Assembly (NCBI GenBank): GCA_964019335.1
Contig: OZ025694.1
Coordinates: 248,001-312,000 of the forward strand
Direction of reading: 5' to 3'
Length of the DNA: 64,000 bases
Source: Diplonema japonicum
Taxonomy: Eukaryota; Protista; Euglenozoa: Diplonemea
A program made the translations under genes and the position numbers. Below the pieces are notes generated by a model that was given only the letters and a program-made list of their open reading frames with translations, was not told the origin of the DNA and did no database searches. Shown here piece after piece: positions 10,901 to 22,291 of the stretch (position 1 is its first letter; each line of letters begins with the position of its first letter).

Positions 10901-11916
10901 TACAAGAGGAGTGCAGGAAGGACGTCAAGGAAGACGGACCATTCGACGGGAAAGTATATCTCACAGAGGTTTCACAGGAATTGTTAGTACCTGTTGAGTC
11001 GCTGCCCGTCAATACCACAAGAGCGATCAAGGTTGGGAGGAGACTGGACGTGATGCTGCCTGAATTCGTTGAAAAAATTGAGCTCGAAGAGAGGGGCGTG
11101 CAGACTCTTCTAGGGAGTTATTTGGTCAACAAAAACCTTCTAAACTTCTACTATTTTCTCGAAGAGAAAATGTCCGAGACGAACAAGCTGGAAAACACGA
11201 TCCACGCGGCGGTCACTCCACAGCTAGCAGAGGTCACCCTCGTGTCCTTGAAGAAATTTTCCATCTTCAACGAGATCTCCATGGAGCTGGACTCCGCCAA
11301 ATGCTTCTTAAAGCACGTGACGAGTGCTGTCAAGAGCTGCACGTTACATCTGTCCGAACGTCTCTTGAAGGAGCTCCCGGCACTGTATCAACAGACCGAT
11401 CCGGCTTATAAAATATTTGCCGAAACTGCGCAACAAAGCAGGCCCGAGGTCAGTATCCGTCAGATATCTGAGGATATCAAGCAGTTGAAGGCTACCCTGC
11501 AAGGGGACCATGTAGACGGTGTCCCGTCACAGACAGATCAGTACATTCCCCGTAAGAAATCTGTGTTGCTTGGGCTTCCTCCTTTGTCTGCTGGTACCCC
11601 ACGTGTGTCTGTGCCTTTTGTACCACGCACGCTTCAGCAGCGTTACGAGGTTATCGATGAATCGCCTGAAGAACCTGCCGAGGTGGCTGCGCCTCCGCAG
11701 CAGCCTTTCAGTTCCCTCACGCGGCCTTTCATTGAGAAGAAGCCCTTCCGGCGGTCTAGCTGTCTATCCATCGACCTTGAAGACGATGTGGCGATCGTGC
11801 CGTTCACCTCGGAGGACAAGGTGAGAAAGCTGGGGACGATATCATTCTCCGGGAGGCGGAACAGGCAGCGGAACACTAAGGGGAAGCGGGAGAGCTCCCC
11901 GGCGAGAATTGTTTGA
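7975..11916 (+). CDS. Large coiled-coil, low-complexity protein of unknown function
   Basis: 1313-aa open frame with a poly(A) leader, heptad-like E/K/Q-rich segments and acidic tracts. Confidence 0.8.
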   Translation: MNNAPQDAVQKLKCRVAQNFSLLRLRMFRKLDFLVKDSDLNMLTEHSQGPLQEEMVVYSEEGYHLKEITSSTDIDCQFKTFLAEVGDRKQAYDDANPNLAERDAHYVKEIQSLQAVIETKSIQIDKLTGKIFQQNETSRNMINSFLKEVCILREQLYRSYRDKSCFGRPVDMIETVLEDSEGNPLGTSIDQLLGYRTAVLGDRERTKLMEKSIEEARDRLSQGYEVLEKRTKHLIELEQVTERQKQTIAEQRSEIFSLKSSLAVAEDQICDQDAQKEELELKLSLARDVRPSHLVIEPKQMETGLDPFQEHFEKSAHSQSFSNNSTTEQLNPQNESKTDAEWDDGTSVGNEHSHHDDEQEQEQYPEQEQEPEPEEQEQEKPEETVQEQQSEEEGEQEEEREKEREREEPELEVSLVGDNNNDNDNRKPSTNNRQNLQTKTPLKKLPSSIRRSMTPLSTNAPTNGRKSFTHRCSTLLRRKIDSTSKATQTTPRGSTGNSLQKPDALGKALFKVLRRKTHREAGVAAFTGLLKKNKKSVSLPVAAKDKREKKKEQKQKPEHRTIKDIKHTHQEKRITDAVRDDEPEGDRLARPPQSPTSVRKTTNIKTTADNNNNNRKPRQPSTVSFSEELEDRGDNNDMVEERGQDEESNASNEEEEEEEEEEEEQQSPLSAETESDQEQTADHPNMLPPMSATIATLQPTSGQAVSGNVFKRLSKMCITATRQMKNTVTTTPTTHNEASSEVDWKQVAEEYRLELENKTKALDEVIQYGEEVEDSLGKKEKDVSTLEMWVEKATVMKTNLDEARAAMEELQQDNNNLEEHISELETTVATVVDHGVGASTQLADKLRESLTQVRTLNKKNRVLEAAFVYHKRKIRDLKTAHGLEAYKKTVQNRERSKYNRELTLQSEEFKAVISSLKIDLEKAAQAATQTRENLNMKLEDKAMQVKQIESAVTTLESKAMALSVTVTRLQEENRILQEECRKDVKEDGPFDGKVYLTEVSQELLVPVESLPVNTTRAIKVGRRLDVMLPEFVEKIELEERGVQTLLGSYLVNKNLLNFYYFLEEKMSETNKLENTIHAAVTPQLAEVTLVSLKKFSIFNEISMELDSAKCFLKHVTSAVKSCTLHLSERLLKELPALYQQTDPAYKIFAETAQQSRPEVSIRQISEDIKQLKATLQGDHVDGVPSQTDQYIPRKKSVLLGLPPLSAGTPRVSVPFVPRTLQQRYEVIDESPEEPAEVAAPPQQPFSSLTRPFIEKKPFRRSSCLSIDLEDDVAIVPFTSEDKVRKLGTISFSGRRNRQRNTKGKRESSPARIV

Positions 11917-12115
11917 TAAGAAAAAAAAAAAGAAAAAAAGAAATGCTTTACAGCACTTTTTTTTTTTTTTACCCCTCCCCCATGCCCCATCTTTTTTTTT
12001 TTTTTTTTTTAAAGAAGTTTTTTATTAATTTTCTTTTCACCCAAATATAAAAAAAAAAAAAAAAAAAAATAAAAATAAAAATAAAAAGGTGGTACATCAC
12101 CTGAACAATATAAAA

Positions 12116-13063
12116 ATGTCTGTTAAAACCCTTGCAGCGACGGCAGGGGCAGGTGCTGCCCTATACTTGGGCGGGTTGGAAGTAATGGACGAAGCAGTGG
12201 CATGGACGTACGGGAAGTGTCTGGAACACGGGATGCCGTACCTCACCAACATGTACTTTGAGGCAAGTCTGGCATTTGTGGTGTGGTTCGCAAGCTGCGT
12301 GTACTTCACGTACCTGGACGTGACACGCTCCCCCACCAAGATCCAGAAGGACTACTGGCCGACGAACAAGGAAATGCTGGAATGCGGAGTACCGCAGTTT
12401 TTCATATACGGTGTGGGCTGCGCCATAACATGGTACCAGTGGGCAGGGGACCCAAGCCTCACCATAGACATCACGTCTACCCCTCCGACCTTCTTTGAGC
12501 TGGCATGGCAGGTAAGCATTTCCCTTATTGTAGGAGACTTCATCATCTACTGGGAGCATCGTATCATGCACATAATTCCCTACCTCAGGAATAATGTACA
12601 CAACGTGCATCATGTCTACTCTGCTCCCTTCGGGTGGGCTGGTGGGTGGGTTCATCCTGTTGAAGATCTTATCGTGATCACCGCGCAAGTTATTCCTGCT
12701 GTGATATTCTGCCACCCTATGTCGAGGTGGGTTTTCTGTATTTTGTGGGTTGTTCTTCTTATTGATGAGCACAGTGGGCATGATGTGTGGTGGTCTCCCT
12801 TCAACTGGCTCATCCCTTTCCATGGTAAGGATTCTCTGGGTGGTGGGGGTGACCCTCATGATGTGCACCACTACATGCCCACCAAGAACTACTCTTTTGT
12901 GTTCTGTGTTTGGGACCAGTTGTTTGGTACTTATGTTGACCCTTCTCCTAAGCTTGTGAACCCTTTCAAGCCGCCTTTTATCAGCGAAAGACGGTCCAAT
13001 GAGGAGATCTCTGAACTTCTTCACAAGCAGGTAATTGCCAAAAAGCCAGTTGTTTGTGAATGA
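12116..13063 (+). CDS. Sterol desaturase / fatty acid hydroxylase family, copy 1
   Basis: His boxes HRIMH, HNVHH, DEHSG and HDVHH; hydrophobic segments; ATG at 12116 matches the start of copy 2. Confidence 0.88.
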   Translation: MSVKTLAATAGAGAALYLGGLEVMDEAVAWTYGKCLEHGMPYLTNMYFEASLAFVVWFASCVYFTYLDVTRSPTKIQKDYWPTNKEMLECGVPQFFIYGVGCAITWYQWAGDPSLTIDITSTPPTFFELAWQVSISLIVGDFIIYWEHRIMHIIPYLRNNVHNVHHVYSAPFGWAGGWVHPVEDLIVITAQVIPAVIFCHPMSRWVFCILWVVLLIDEHSGHDVWWSPFNWLIPFHGKDSLGGGGDPHDVHHYMPTKNYSFVFCVWDQLFGTYVDPSPKLVNPFKPPFISERRSNEEISELLHKQVIAKKPVVCE

Positions 13064-13347
13064 GAAAAAAGAAGGGGAAAAAAAAAAAAAAAAAAGAATT
13101 TTTTTTTTTTTTAGATTTTCCATTTTTTTTTTTTTTTTTCCTAAGGAGGGGTAGATGGCTTTAGCTCTTTTGTTGTGTGAATTTGTGTCTTCTTTTCAAA
13201 ATATTGCTAAAAAAGAAGAAAGGAAAAAAAAGAAAAAAAAAAAGAGAGTAGCACTTTGTTGGGCTTATCCTTTCTACAGGTTAATCCCGGTTGTGCACAA
13301 AAAAAAAAGAACAACTATCAAACTCTTTTTTAATAAAAGAAATTGAA

Positions 13348-13397
13348 AGATGTTGTGCCAAGGGGGCGTCTCACAAAGACATTCCTTCAACTCATAT
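13348..13397 (+). mobile_element. Solo 3' tail of the non-LTR family seen at 37157
   Basis: caagggggcgtctcacaaagacattccttcaactcatata, nearly identical to 38152-38190. Confidence 0.75.
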
Positions 13398-14166
13398 ACT
13401 GTCTTTTCTTTCTTCTTTTTTTATTTTTTTTTTAAAATTCTTTTTTTATTACTCCCCCAGGAAAAATGCGTACTCGTTTGCACAAACAGATACCTGAATA
13501 TTTTTATTTCTTCTTTTTGGAAAAGAAATTGCAAAGATTTTTTTAAAAAGGTTTGAAGATGAGGAAAAACACGCTGAAACACGCCATAGTTCAGAACGAA
13601 GAAGAAAATAGCAGATACAAATACACATGACACACCCCTCCTTGTTCACATTCCCTCTCTCACTCCTTTTCTTTTTCTTTTTTTTCTTTCTTTGTTTCTC
13701 TCTTCTCTCTTTGAAAAGCTACTTCTTTTCCGCAAAAACATAAGATTGCCGTTGCTGCATCTTCTTTTTAAAAAAACACCCTTCCCTTCCCCTTTGCCGA
13801 CGAACGAAACAAAAAAAAGAAAAAAAAGTTATTCTCCCCGATGTGGATGGTTTCCCTTACGCAAACCCGCAAACCCACTAATATGAGAAAGTGCTGGACC
13901 TTCAGAAAACCTTTTCACTTACTGTATATATACAGCCACATCTCGTCCGTCTCTTCAACTTCTTAAAAAAAAAAAAACCTGAAAAAAAAAGAAGTTCTCC
14001 CTCCCACTCCCACTCCCACTTTTTTTTTTTTATTATTTATTATTTTCGCATTTTTTTTTCCACCTCCGAATAACAAGAAGGGGGGCATTTTTTTGTGTCA
14101 CGCCCCACTCGGCCGGGCACAAGGTGGCTCTCATTCAGGGTGGTCAATCGCACAGGCTCTGCTCTT

Positions 14167-14199
<33 letters not shown>

Positions 14200-14284
14200 T
14201 TTCCTCCAGAAATCTTTTTTAATTATTTTACAAAAAGGGGGGGGGGGGAAGAAAGAAAAAAAAAGAAAAAAAAAACCCCGTTTT

Positions 14285-15244
14285 ATGTCTGTTAAAACCC
14301 TTGCAGCGACGGCAGGGGCAGGCGCTGCCCTATACTTGGGCGGGTTGGAAGTAATGGACGAAGCAGTGGCATGGACGTACGGGAAGTGCCTGGAACACGG
14401 GATGCCGTACCTCACCAACATGTACTTTGAGGCAAGTCTGGCCTATACAGCGTGGTTCGCAAGCTGCGTGTACTTCACGTACCTGGACGTGACACGCTCC
14501 CCCACCAAGATCCAGAAGGACTACTGGCCGACGAACAAGGAAATGCTACAGTGCGCGGTCCCCCAGCTCTTTGTCAACACGATAGGCTGCGCCATAACAT
14601 GGTACCAGTGGGCAGGGGACCCAAGCCTCACCATAGACATCACGTCTACCCCTCCGACCTTCTTTGAGTTTATGTGGCAGGTAAGCCTCGCCCTTGTCAT
14701 GGGAGATTTCATTCTCTATTGGCACCACAGGATGATGCATTTCGTGCCCTACCTCAGGAACCATGTACATTCAGTTCATCATGAGTACTCTGCTCCTTTC
14801 GCATGGGCTGGTGGATGGGTCCATCCTTTTGAGGTGTTTCTTGCTGTGACAGCGCAGATGATTCCTGCTTTGCTATTCTGCCACCCTATGTCGAGGTGGG
14901 TTTTCTGTATTTTGTGGGTTGTTTGTCAAATTGATGAGCACAGTGGGCATGATGTGTGGTGGTCTCCCTTCAACTGGCTCATCCCTTTCCATGGTAAGGA
15001 TTCTCTGGGTGGTGGGGGTGACCCTCATGATGTGCACCACTACCTCCCCACCAAGAACTTCGCGCTTTTGTTTGTGGTTTGGGATCAGATTTTCGATACT
15101 TATGTGAAGCCTTCTCCTAAGCTTGTGAACCCTTTCAAGCCGCCTTTTATCAGCGAAAGACGGTCCAATGAGGAGATCTCTGAACTTCTTCACAAACAGG
15201 TAACGGCTAAAAAGAATGCCTCCCTCCCCGTGGGTAGCGAGTGA
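14285..15244 (+). CDS. Sterol desaturase / fatty acid hydroxylase family, copy 2
   Basis: HRMMH, HSVHH, DEHSG and HDVHH; long blocks identical to copy 1. Confidence 0.88.
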   Translation: MSVKTLAATAGAGAALYLGGLEVMDEAVAWTYGKCLEHGMPYLTNMYFEASLAYTAWFASCVYFTYLDVTRSPTKIQKDYWPTNKEMLQCAVPQLFVNTIGCAITWYQWAGDPSLTIDITSTPPTFFEFMWQVSLALVMGDFILYWHHRMMHFVPYLRNHVHSVHHEYSAPFAWAGGWVHPFEVFLAVTAQMIPALLFCHPMSRWVFCILWVVCQIDEHSGHDVWWSPFNWLIPFHGKDSLGGGGDPHDVHHYLPTKNFALLFVVWDQIFDTYVKPSPKLVNPFKPPFISERRSNEEISELLHKQVTAKKNASLPVGSE

Positions 15245-15405
15245 AGAAAAAAAAAAGAAACTGTACTATAACCTCTTAAGATTTAAAAAAAAGTTTTTTT
15301 TTTGTGTTTTTTTTTTGTAAAAGTGAAATGTTTAACTTTAAAAACAATTTTTTTTATCTTTAGCAAATCGACGGGTTTGCTACTCCCTCCACAAAAACTA
15401 AGAAT

Positions 15406-15455
<50 letters not shown>

Positions 15456-16467
15456 CGACGCCGTCTAGTTTTTTGGAGTGGGAACGGGTGCATGAACCCT
15501 TGAAGGGTGCCTCTTGCCTGATGTGGGCAGCATCTAGAGGAGTTTGATGGAGGGATCAACTGGCAATAGTAGGTATATGGTGAATTTCTGTACTTGCTTC
15601 TTATGCCTTTACTCTTTTCCCCCTCCACGGCTCTGAAATGCATTTTTTGCACAACCCTCCTCAACCAATTAAACGAAAAGCAGGTAAGGACACGGGACCG
15701 CTTTCACATATTCCATTTTTTTTTTTGTGTGCACAACTGTCAACAACGAAGAGTGCTAACTTCACCCTCTTTTTTTTCGATTTTTTTTTTTCCTTGGCTT
15801 TAGCCCTTTTTAGTAAGCCCTACATTGCACTTGAATAAAAATATATAAAAAATATATTAAAAAAAAAAAAAAAAGGGCTCGCTTTACCCTTTTTTCACCG
15901 GCAACCCGCCACATCCTTGAACTAACGACAACTGTACAACTATTGTGTTTTTACCAACTCGGTTGAGGGTTTTATACCTAAGGTACCGAGGAGGTTGAGC
16001 GAGGGGCCAAAGCTCACAAGAGATTGGTTGAGACTCTTTAGGTCCTGCCACATACCGCAGGTACCCCTTAAATGTCTCTTTTTTTTTTTCTTCTTCTTCT
16101 CTTTCTTCTTTTTGAAAAGCAGGGATAATGGGGACGTTCCAAAACGGGGACCTCCTTTGTCTCGTCTCTCTTGTTCGTTGAAAATGAAAGTGGCTCCCCC
16201 CCAGCGGAGTGACAAAGAACTACGATTCTTTTCACCATTCCTTTCAACCACCTACAGCTTCTTTTTTCTTTTTTTTTTTCTTCTCGTTATTCGTTCGTAC
16301 ATATAAAAAAAAAACACCCTCACCTGACTCTCTCCTTGACTTGCGTCACCTTGACGTTAACGGTCGAGTTTTTTTTTTTCTTCTTCTTTCATACAATAAA
16401 AAAAAGATTATTCTTCTTTTTACAGGATTTTTATTCTCTTTACAAATAAAAAAGAAAAAGAAAAAAG

Positions 16468-17430
16468 ATGAAAAACGAGAAAGCGCACACCGACGTGAAG
16501 ACATTAAAAACCATGGCCCTCACCGCAGGCGCCACCGTAGCGGTGGCTGCGGGCGGGTTGGAAGTAATGGACGAAGTAGTGGCATGGACGTACGGGAAGT
16601 GCCTGGAACACGGGATGCCGTACCTCACCAACATGTACTTTGAGGCCACCCTGACCTACTTGGTGTGGTTTGCCACTGGAATGTACTTCACGTACCTGGA
16701 CGTGACACGCTCCCCCACCAAGATCCAGAAGGACTACTGGCCGACGAACTGGGAGATGCTATCCTGCGCGGTACCGCAGATTATCGTGTACGGGCTAGGC
16801 GTGGTTATCGGCTGGGTCCAGTGGGTGAAACACCCTCAGGAAATGTCGCAGGTTATCCAGGAAGCACCCCCGACTTTCATCGAAATGATTTTTCAAATCG
16901 TTGTAACATTCCTGATCTTCGATTTTGTCATGTATTGGCAGCACAGGGCGTTGCACACGGTCCCATGGCTGAGGAACAACATCCACTCTGTTCATCACGT
17001 ATTCTCAGCACCGTTTGGATGGGCTGGGGGCTGGGTTCATCCTGTTGAACAAGCTGGTTTGATTCTCGGTGCTGCCGTTCCTGCTTACATGATCTGCCAC
17101 CCGTTTGCAAGGTGGTGGTTTTTCTCCACAATGGTGATGATTCTTGTAGATGGGAACAGCGGGCACAGTGTGTGGTGGTCTCCCTTCAACTGGCTTATCC
17201 CCGGGCATGGTATCGACCGCCTTGGGAACGGTGCTGAGGTACACGATGTCCACCACTACTTGCCGACGAAGAATTTCGCGCTTATTCTTATTGTGTGGGA
17301 CAAGGTGTTCGGGACGTATGTAGATCCCGATGCTGAGAACGTCCCCACAAACCCTTACCAGCCTCCTTATATTTACAAGTTCCGTGAGGAGGTTAAGAGG
17401 GCACCTTCTGTTACCGGTGGGTCTGAGTAG
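16468..17430 (+). CDS. Sterol desaturase / fatty acid hydroxylase family, copy 3 (divergent)
   Basis: HRALH, HSVHH and HDVHH; DEH replaced by DGN; N-terminal block shared with copies 1 and 2. Confidence 0.85.
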   Translation: MKNEKAHTDVKTLKTMALTAGATVAVAAGGLEVMDEVVAWTYGKCLEHGMPYLTNMYFEATLTYLVWFATGMYFTYLDVTRSPTKIQKDYWPTNWEMLSCAVPQIIVYGLGVVIGWVQWVKHPQEMSQVIQEAPPTFIEMIFQIVVTFLIFDFVMYWQHRALHTVPWLRNNIHSVHHVFSAPFGWAGGWVHPVEQAGLILGAAVPAYMICHPFARWWFFSTMVMILVDGNSGHSVWWSPFNWLIPGHGIDRLGNGAEVHDVHHYLPTKNFALILIVWDKVFGTYVDPDAENVPTNPYQPPYIYKFREEVKRAPSVTGGSE

Positions 17431-17602
17431 TAGAACCCATGGTATTTTAAAAAAAAAAAAAAAAAAGACTTGTATTTGTATTATTTTGCCTTTTTTTTTT
17501 TTTCTTCCCCCCCTTTCTCGGAGTAGGAAGAAAAAAAAAAAAATGAAAAAAAAAAACGATAATTTTTTTTTTTTTTTTTTTTTTCCCATATTTATTTTAT
17601 TT

Positions 17603-17842
17603 CTCGTCGGTCATCACCGGTAGCGCAAACATAATGCAGATGCTCAGGGTGACGAACAGGCAGCAAACTGCACAAGAGCGCAGAATCTTGGTTACCCGGG
17701 ACGCCCCCGGCTGGGGTTGAGCTGTACGCATTAAGGACACGGGGAACGCAGAAGAAGCTATTGCTCGGCCGTAGTGCCCCCTGTAATCAAGTAGACAGTT
17801 CTTGTGCAGGGCGCCGCCAACACCGGCCTCCTTTAACTCATA
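17603..17842 (+). mobile_element. Short non-autonomous retroposon (SINE/SIDER-like), 5'-truncated copy
   Basis: Matches copies at 33428, 41774, 59464 and 60776; ends caccggcctcctttaactcata. Confidence 0.85.
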
Positions 17843-19239
17843 AAAAAAATCTTTTTTTTTTACTGTTTTATAGTCCTATGGAGCTCTTTTTTTTTTTCTT
17901 TTCGGGTTTTCTCCTCCCCTACCCTGGTTTTTTCTTTTTTTTCTTTCAGGAATTATAATGCTGCTGGGCCCACTATTGTTTGGCAGCAATAGTTTTTTTA
18001 GGCAGCAGGGTTTCTTTTGTTTTTTTCTTGAGGGGGGGGGGAGAAAAATAGTAACAATGAAAAAAAGAAAAGAAGAAAAAGAAAGTGAAAAAGAAAAAAA
18101 AAATGAAAAAAGCAATTCGGAGCTGCTTTTGGTCCGGAAGATCCAGTAGCAGTAAAAATAATGAAAAACCCTCTTTTTTTTTAATTCTCTTTGTGAACAG
18201 GGCAAATGAAAAAAAAAAAAAAAAAAGAAACTGAATTGCCACCTCCTTACAATTCTTTATAGTGACTCCCCCTCCCCCTCTCCCCCTCTCACGTTTTTCC
18301 TTTTACTCCCTCTCCTGCTCTGACTACATATATATCTATTTTTATTTTATTTTATTTTTTATTGGTTTTTTTTTTTTTTTGTTTTTTTCAAATTTATTAT
18401 CAGGGAAGTTAGCAGTGTGATTTCCCTTTCTTCCCCCCACTCCATTTTTCTATCTATTGCTCCCATTTCCCGTTGCCTAGGTGATACAGGTCTTCCAGTC
18501 CCGCAAGTTTGGCTGTCGCAGCTCTTCCCTCGTTGGCAAGTCAGCGATCCAAAATACTATGTTGCTGTCACTTTTGCTCGCAACGGGAAAACGGCCAAAA
18601 AAAGAAGATTCTTTCTCTTTTCTTTTTTTTTTTTCGAAGCGCTTTTCTTTTTTTTTCTTTTTTGTCTTCGTATTTTTCGCCTTGTTGATCGAAAGCGCAA
18701 AAGAAAAAAGAAAAAAAAAGAAAAAAAAACAGTTATTCTGTTTTGATTTCTTTTTTTTTTTCATTTAACAGCTTCGATAAAACAACGAAACTATATGGGC
18801 CTACAGGCAGAGGAAATAAAAATTTAAAAAAAAAAAAAAAAAAGAAGAGAAAAGAAAAAGGGGGGAGAAACCACCCCCTCCGCCTCCCTTTTTTCGTTGC
18901 CTTTATAAAAAAAAAGGGGAAAAAAAAGAAAATAGGGAGAAGAAGGATGGGGTGGGGATGGAAAAAAAAAAAAAAAAAAAAAAAGAAGAAATATTTTTTT
19001 TTGAGAGAGGACCTTTCTCTAGATGTATTTCTGCCCACTGCACGTGCAAAAAAAGATAAATAAAACAACGGCTATTCCCTTTTTTGCTTGAACATGACAA
19101 CCTAAAAGCTCTTTTAGGATTCTTTTAGAATTGGTTGTGTGTTCTGACAAAAAACGGTAACTTCATCTTAACCTTGGGGAAAAGAAAACAAGAGATAAAA
19201 AAGTTGTAAATTGAAATTTGTTGCTGCTATCCCCCACCC

Positions 19240-19386
19240 TAGGGCTATGTTGGCAAGGAAACGGAAACGTTTCTTTATTTTGAGGCTGTTTCCTTAAGAA
19301 GGGAACACGTTTCCTAAAGTATCTGAAAAAAACTAAGGAATACGGAAACGGAAACGGATTCCCCGTTTCTTGACAACATAGCCCTA
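19240..19386. mobile_element. hAT-type MITE (TAGGGCTATG termini, GGAAAC subterminal repeats)
   Basis: TIR tagggctatgttggcaag / cttgacaacatagcccta; same ends as the element at 20558. Confidence 0.8.
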
Positions 19387-19800
19387 GGGGGGGTATCAAA
19401 CTCCCCTAAAAACCCATGCAAAGGTGCTTTTTTCAGTTTTTTGCAAAAAGAAAAAAAAAAAAAAAAAAAAAAAGGTACTAGAACTTGGTACCTGAGGGTG
19501 TCCAGGAAGCGATGCAAGAAGGCAGAATGTTCCCATCTCTCTGGCAGCCTCTCAGAGGTTCGAAGTCAAGGCCAAGGCCCAGGTTGCATTTTGTGAACCA
19601 TTCGCCGCTGGAAGACGCGGATGAAGCGAACGGGGTTCATGACGTGCGACGCGCAATTCTTAGTCGTTTTTCCACGTGGCAGCCACTACACCAGAGTACT
19701 GAACGGCTGGGTGGGGTTAGAAAAGCGTTTTTTTTTTTTTTTTTGGCAAAACTGAAAAAAACCACCTTTGCATGGGGCTTTTGATACCCCCCCCCCCCCC
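19387..19800. mobile_element. MITE with about 55-bp TIRs (GGGGTATCAAA..CCCCATGCAAAGGTG), superfamily unclear
   Basis: The left end ggggtatcaaa...ccccatgcaaaggtgcttttttcagtttt is the reverse complement of the right end aaaactgaaaaaaaccacctttgcatggggcttttgatacccc, apart from one indel. Confidence 0.75.
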
Positions 19801-20299
19801 CCCCGACTTTACCACACCAAAAAATTAAAAAAAAAAAAAAGAAAGAGAGAAGAATGATAACAACTCCTTTGTGCGAAGTATTTTCTTCCCTTTTTTTTTA
19901 TTTTTTTCTTTTCTTTATTTTTTTTTCCCCCTGTGTTTTTGAAAACCGGTGGTGAAATAAGAGAAAAAAGAACAAAGAAAAAAGGGGGGAAACCATCATT
20001 CGGAGGGAAAAAAAAAGAAAAAAAAAAGTCTGAATTTATTCCTTCGGATAGCGTCGTTAGCCCTCTCCCTTTACGCCCTGTTGGCGGCAAGGTAATAGGC
20101 TACTTTCCCACAGTACAGGTTCGGATATCGTGGTCACTAATCTGCAGTCGTATCTGTCAGGTTGGGAAATTGACTTTTTTGTCAATTCGGGGGGGGGGGG
20201 GGGGGGGGGGGAGGCGATGGTGGGGTAAATAAATATAACGAAAAAACTATTTTCTTGTTCAACACCGTAATCAGAAAGATATTCTTACTCTTCTGGAAA

Positions 20300-20330
<31 letters not shown>

Positions 20331-20557
20331 GAAAAAAGCCTCCAGTATAATGCCGAATTCTATTTATTCTTTTGGACCCTTTAAAAAAAAAAAAAAAAGT
20401 GCCGAAAGAATTAAAAATAAATTGCTGAAGAATATACTTGCGCAGAACATAGTTCTGAATAATACGGTAAAACCATTGCTACTATTATTTATTCTTTTTT
20501 TTTAAAAAATCTAAGAATCTAGAAAGTTTAAAAAGAAATGCTCTATATCCCCCCCCC

Positions 20558-21503
20558 TAGGGCTATGCTGGCAGGAAACGTGGAAACGTTTCCGTTTCCG
20601 TTTCCATGTTTTCAAAATTCTCATGGAAACGCGTTTCCATGGTTATGGAAACGGCTATGTATATTTCGGTAAACACTGTTTAGAAGGTCCTTATATATTT
20701 GGGGTTTTTGAAGATACTTACTTTTGGGGTTTTACAAGGAAAGCGCACGTCGGTCTCTACAAAAACGAAAGTAAACATGGTCCAGAGAAAGCACCCCGGA
20801 GGCGCTTTGGGGATGGGGTGGAGGTTCAGGCGGAGGATGGGAAGAAGACAGTAAAATGTCGCTTCTGTGATATGTGATATGGTACAGCAGACTCCGCGCC
20901 CACATGTTCCAAACAAAAGGCCAAGGAGTAGCGACGTGTGTCCCCAAAGGGATAGTGTAGAGCCCCACAAGAGGCTGTTGGAGAAAGCGACAGCGGAGGC
21001 GAAGGCTGAGGCAGAGGGAACGAAGAAGCGTAAAGTGGAGAACAGGCCAACGGGATTTCTTTCTCGAAACTGGGACCCCATTTTTGAGGGTCGAACATCG
21101 GTATGATGTTTATCTGTTTCGTGTCCACAGAACATTCAAGGCACTGTTTGAGAAGGTGAAGCGCCTTCCGCTCGGGGCCACGTACGAGCTACCGGACAGG
21201 AAAGCTCTGAGCGGAAGGCTGGTTGACGACGCTGTTCAAAAAATGGATGCCACAATCGCATCCTTCATCGAAACCCAGAAGATTTCCCCAGGGCGCCACC
21301 AACACTGGCCCCCTTTGTCTCGTATATTTCTTCCGAGTGATTTGCCCCCAAAAAAATAAGTCTCTAAAACCCCCAAAATAAGGAAACGTTTCTGCCCCAA
21401 GGAAACGGCCCCAAAATAGGGAAACGTTGCCGTTTCCGTTTCCGTTTCCGTTTCCCTTTTTTTCAAAAAATGCATGGAAACGCGTTTCCATGCCAGCATA
21501 GCC
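20558..21503 (+). mobile_element. Internally deleted hAT transposon with BED zinc-finger transposase remnant
   Basis: TIR tagggctatgctggca / tgccagcatagcc; gtttcc subterminal repeats; broken frames VKCRFCD..LRAHMFQTKGQGVATC and FKALF..GATYELPDRKALSGRLV resemble hAT N-termini. Confidence 0.75.
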
Positions 21504-21642
21504 GCCCCCCCCACCACCAATTAAAAGAAACCCTTGGTCCCTTTGTTCATATTTGCAGCTTTTTGACAGTGCTATTGCATTTTCAATCTTGACTTCTTCT
21601 CGCTGCTGTGTCACACGACCACTAGGTTGGTAAAATATTTTC

Positions 21643-21673
<31 letters not shown>

Positions 21674-22062
21674 CTAAGAGTCTTTTTGACTTATCACACA
21701 AAAAGGAAGAATACCCCTCTATGTATGCTATAAAAAAAAAAAAAAAAAAAAAGATATTTTTAGGTCCAACAGGGAACTGGTCGAGATGTAAAGATCAGGA
21801 CTTTTTGTTGCCCTTCAAGATTTGGGGGGAGGGGGAGAAAGAAATACTCCAGCTGTGCTATGTTTTTTAGTGGAAAAAGCACTCCGGTTGTATTTTCTTT
21901 TTTTCGCCCCTTTTTATTTCACAATGACTTATTTGTATGAACAAAGGTCGTTTTAGCAACGCGCTTACGGGTTATAAAACTTGACCAATTTCTGCGATTA
22001 TCTTGTTTATCCCTGATGAAAAGTACGGGGGAGGGGGGGAAGATATGTGAGATGCTGTGATA

Positions 22063-22099
<37 letters not shown>

Positions 22100-22260
22100 C
22101 CTTCACACTTTTCCCTAAATATATAGCTATTTTTTTTTCAAAAAAAAGTTCCCCCCCCCCTCCCCTGACCACCTTTTTTGTAGAACTAGGTTTTTTTTTT
22201 TTTCTTTTTTTCTTTTTTTTTTTTTTCTTTCTTTGGCTTTTGGTTGTAAAATACAAAAAA

Positions 22261-22291
<31 letters not shown>

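Noticed and set aside
12161-13123. Long minus-strand ORFs (also 9129-9887 and 34974-35690)
   Set aside because: They are antisense shadows of real + strand genes, with no recognisable motifs.
15585-15596. Spliced-leader remnant (tttctgtactt)
   Set aside because: Only about 11 nt match the euglenozoan SL 3' end, and the flanks do not fit.
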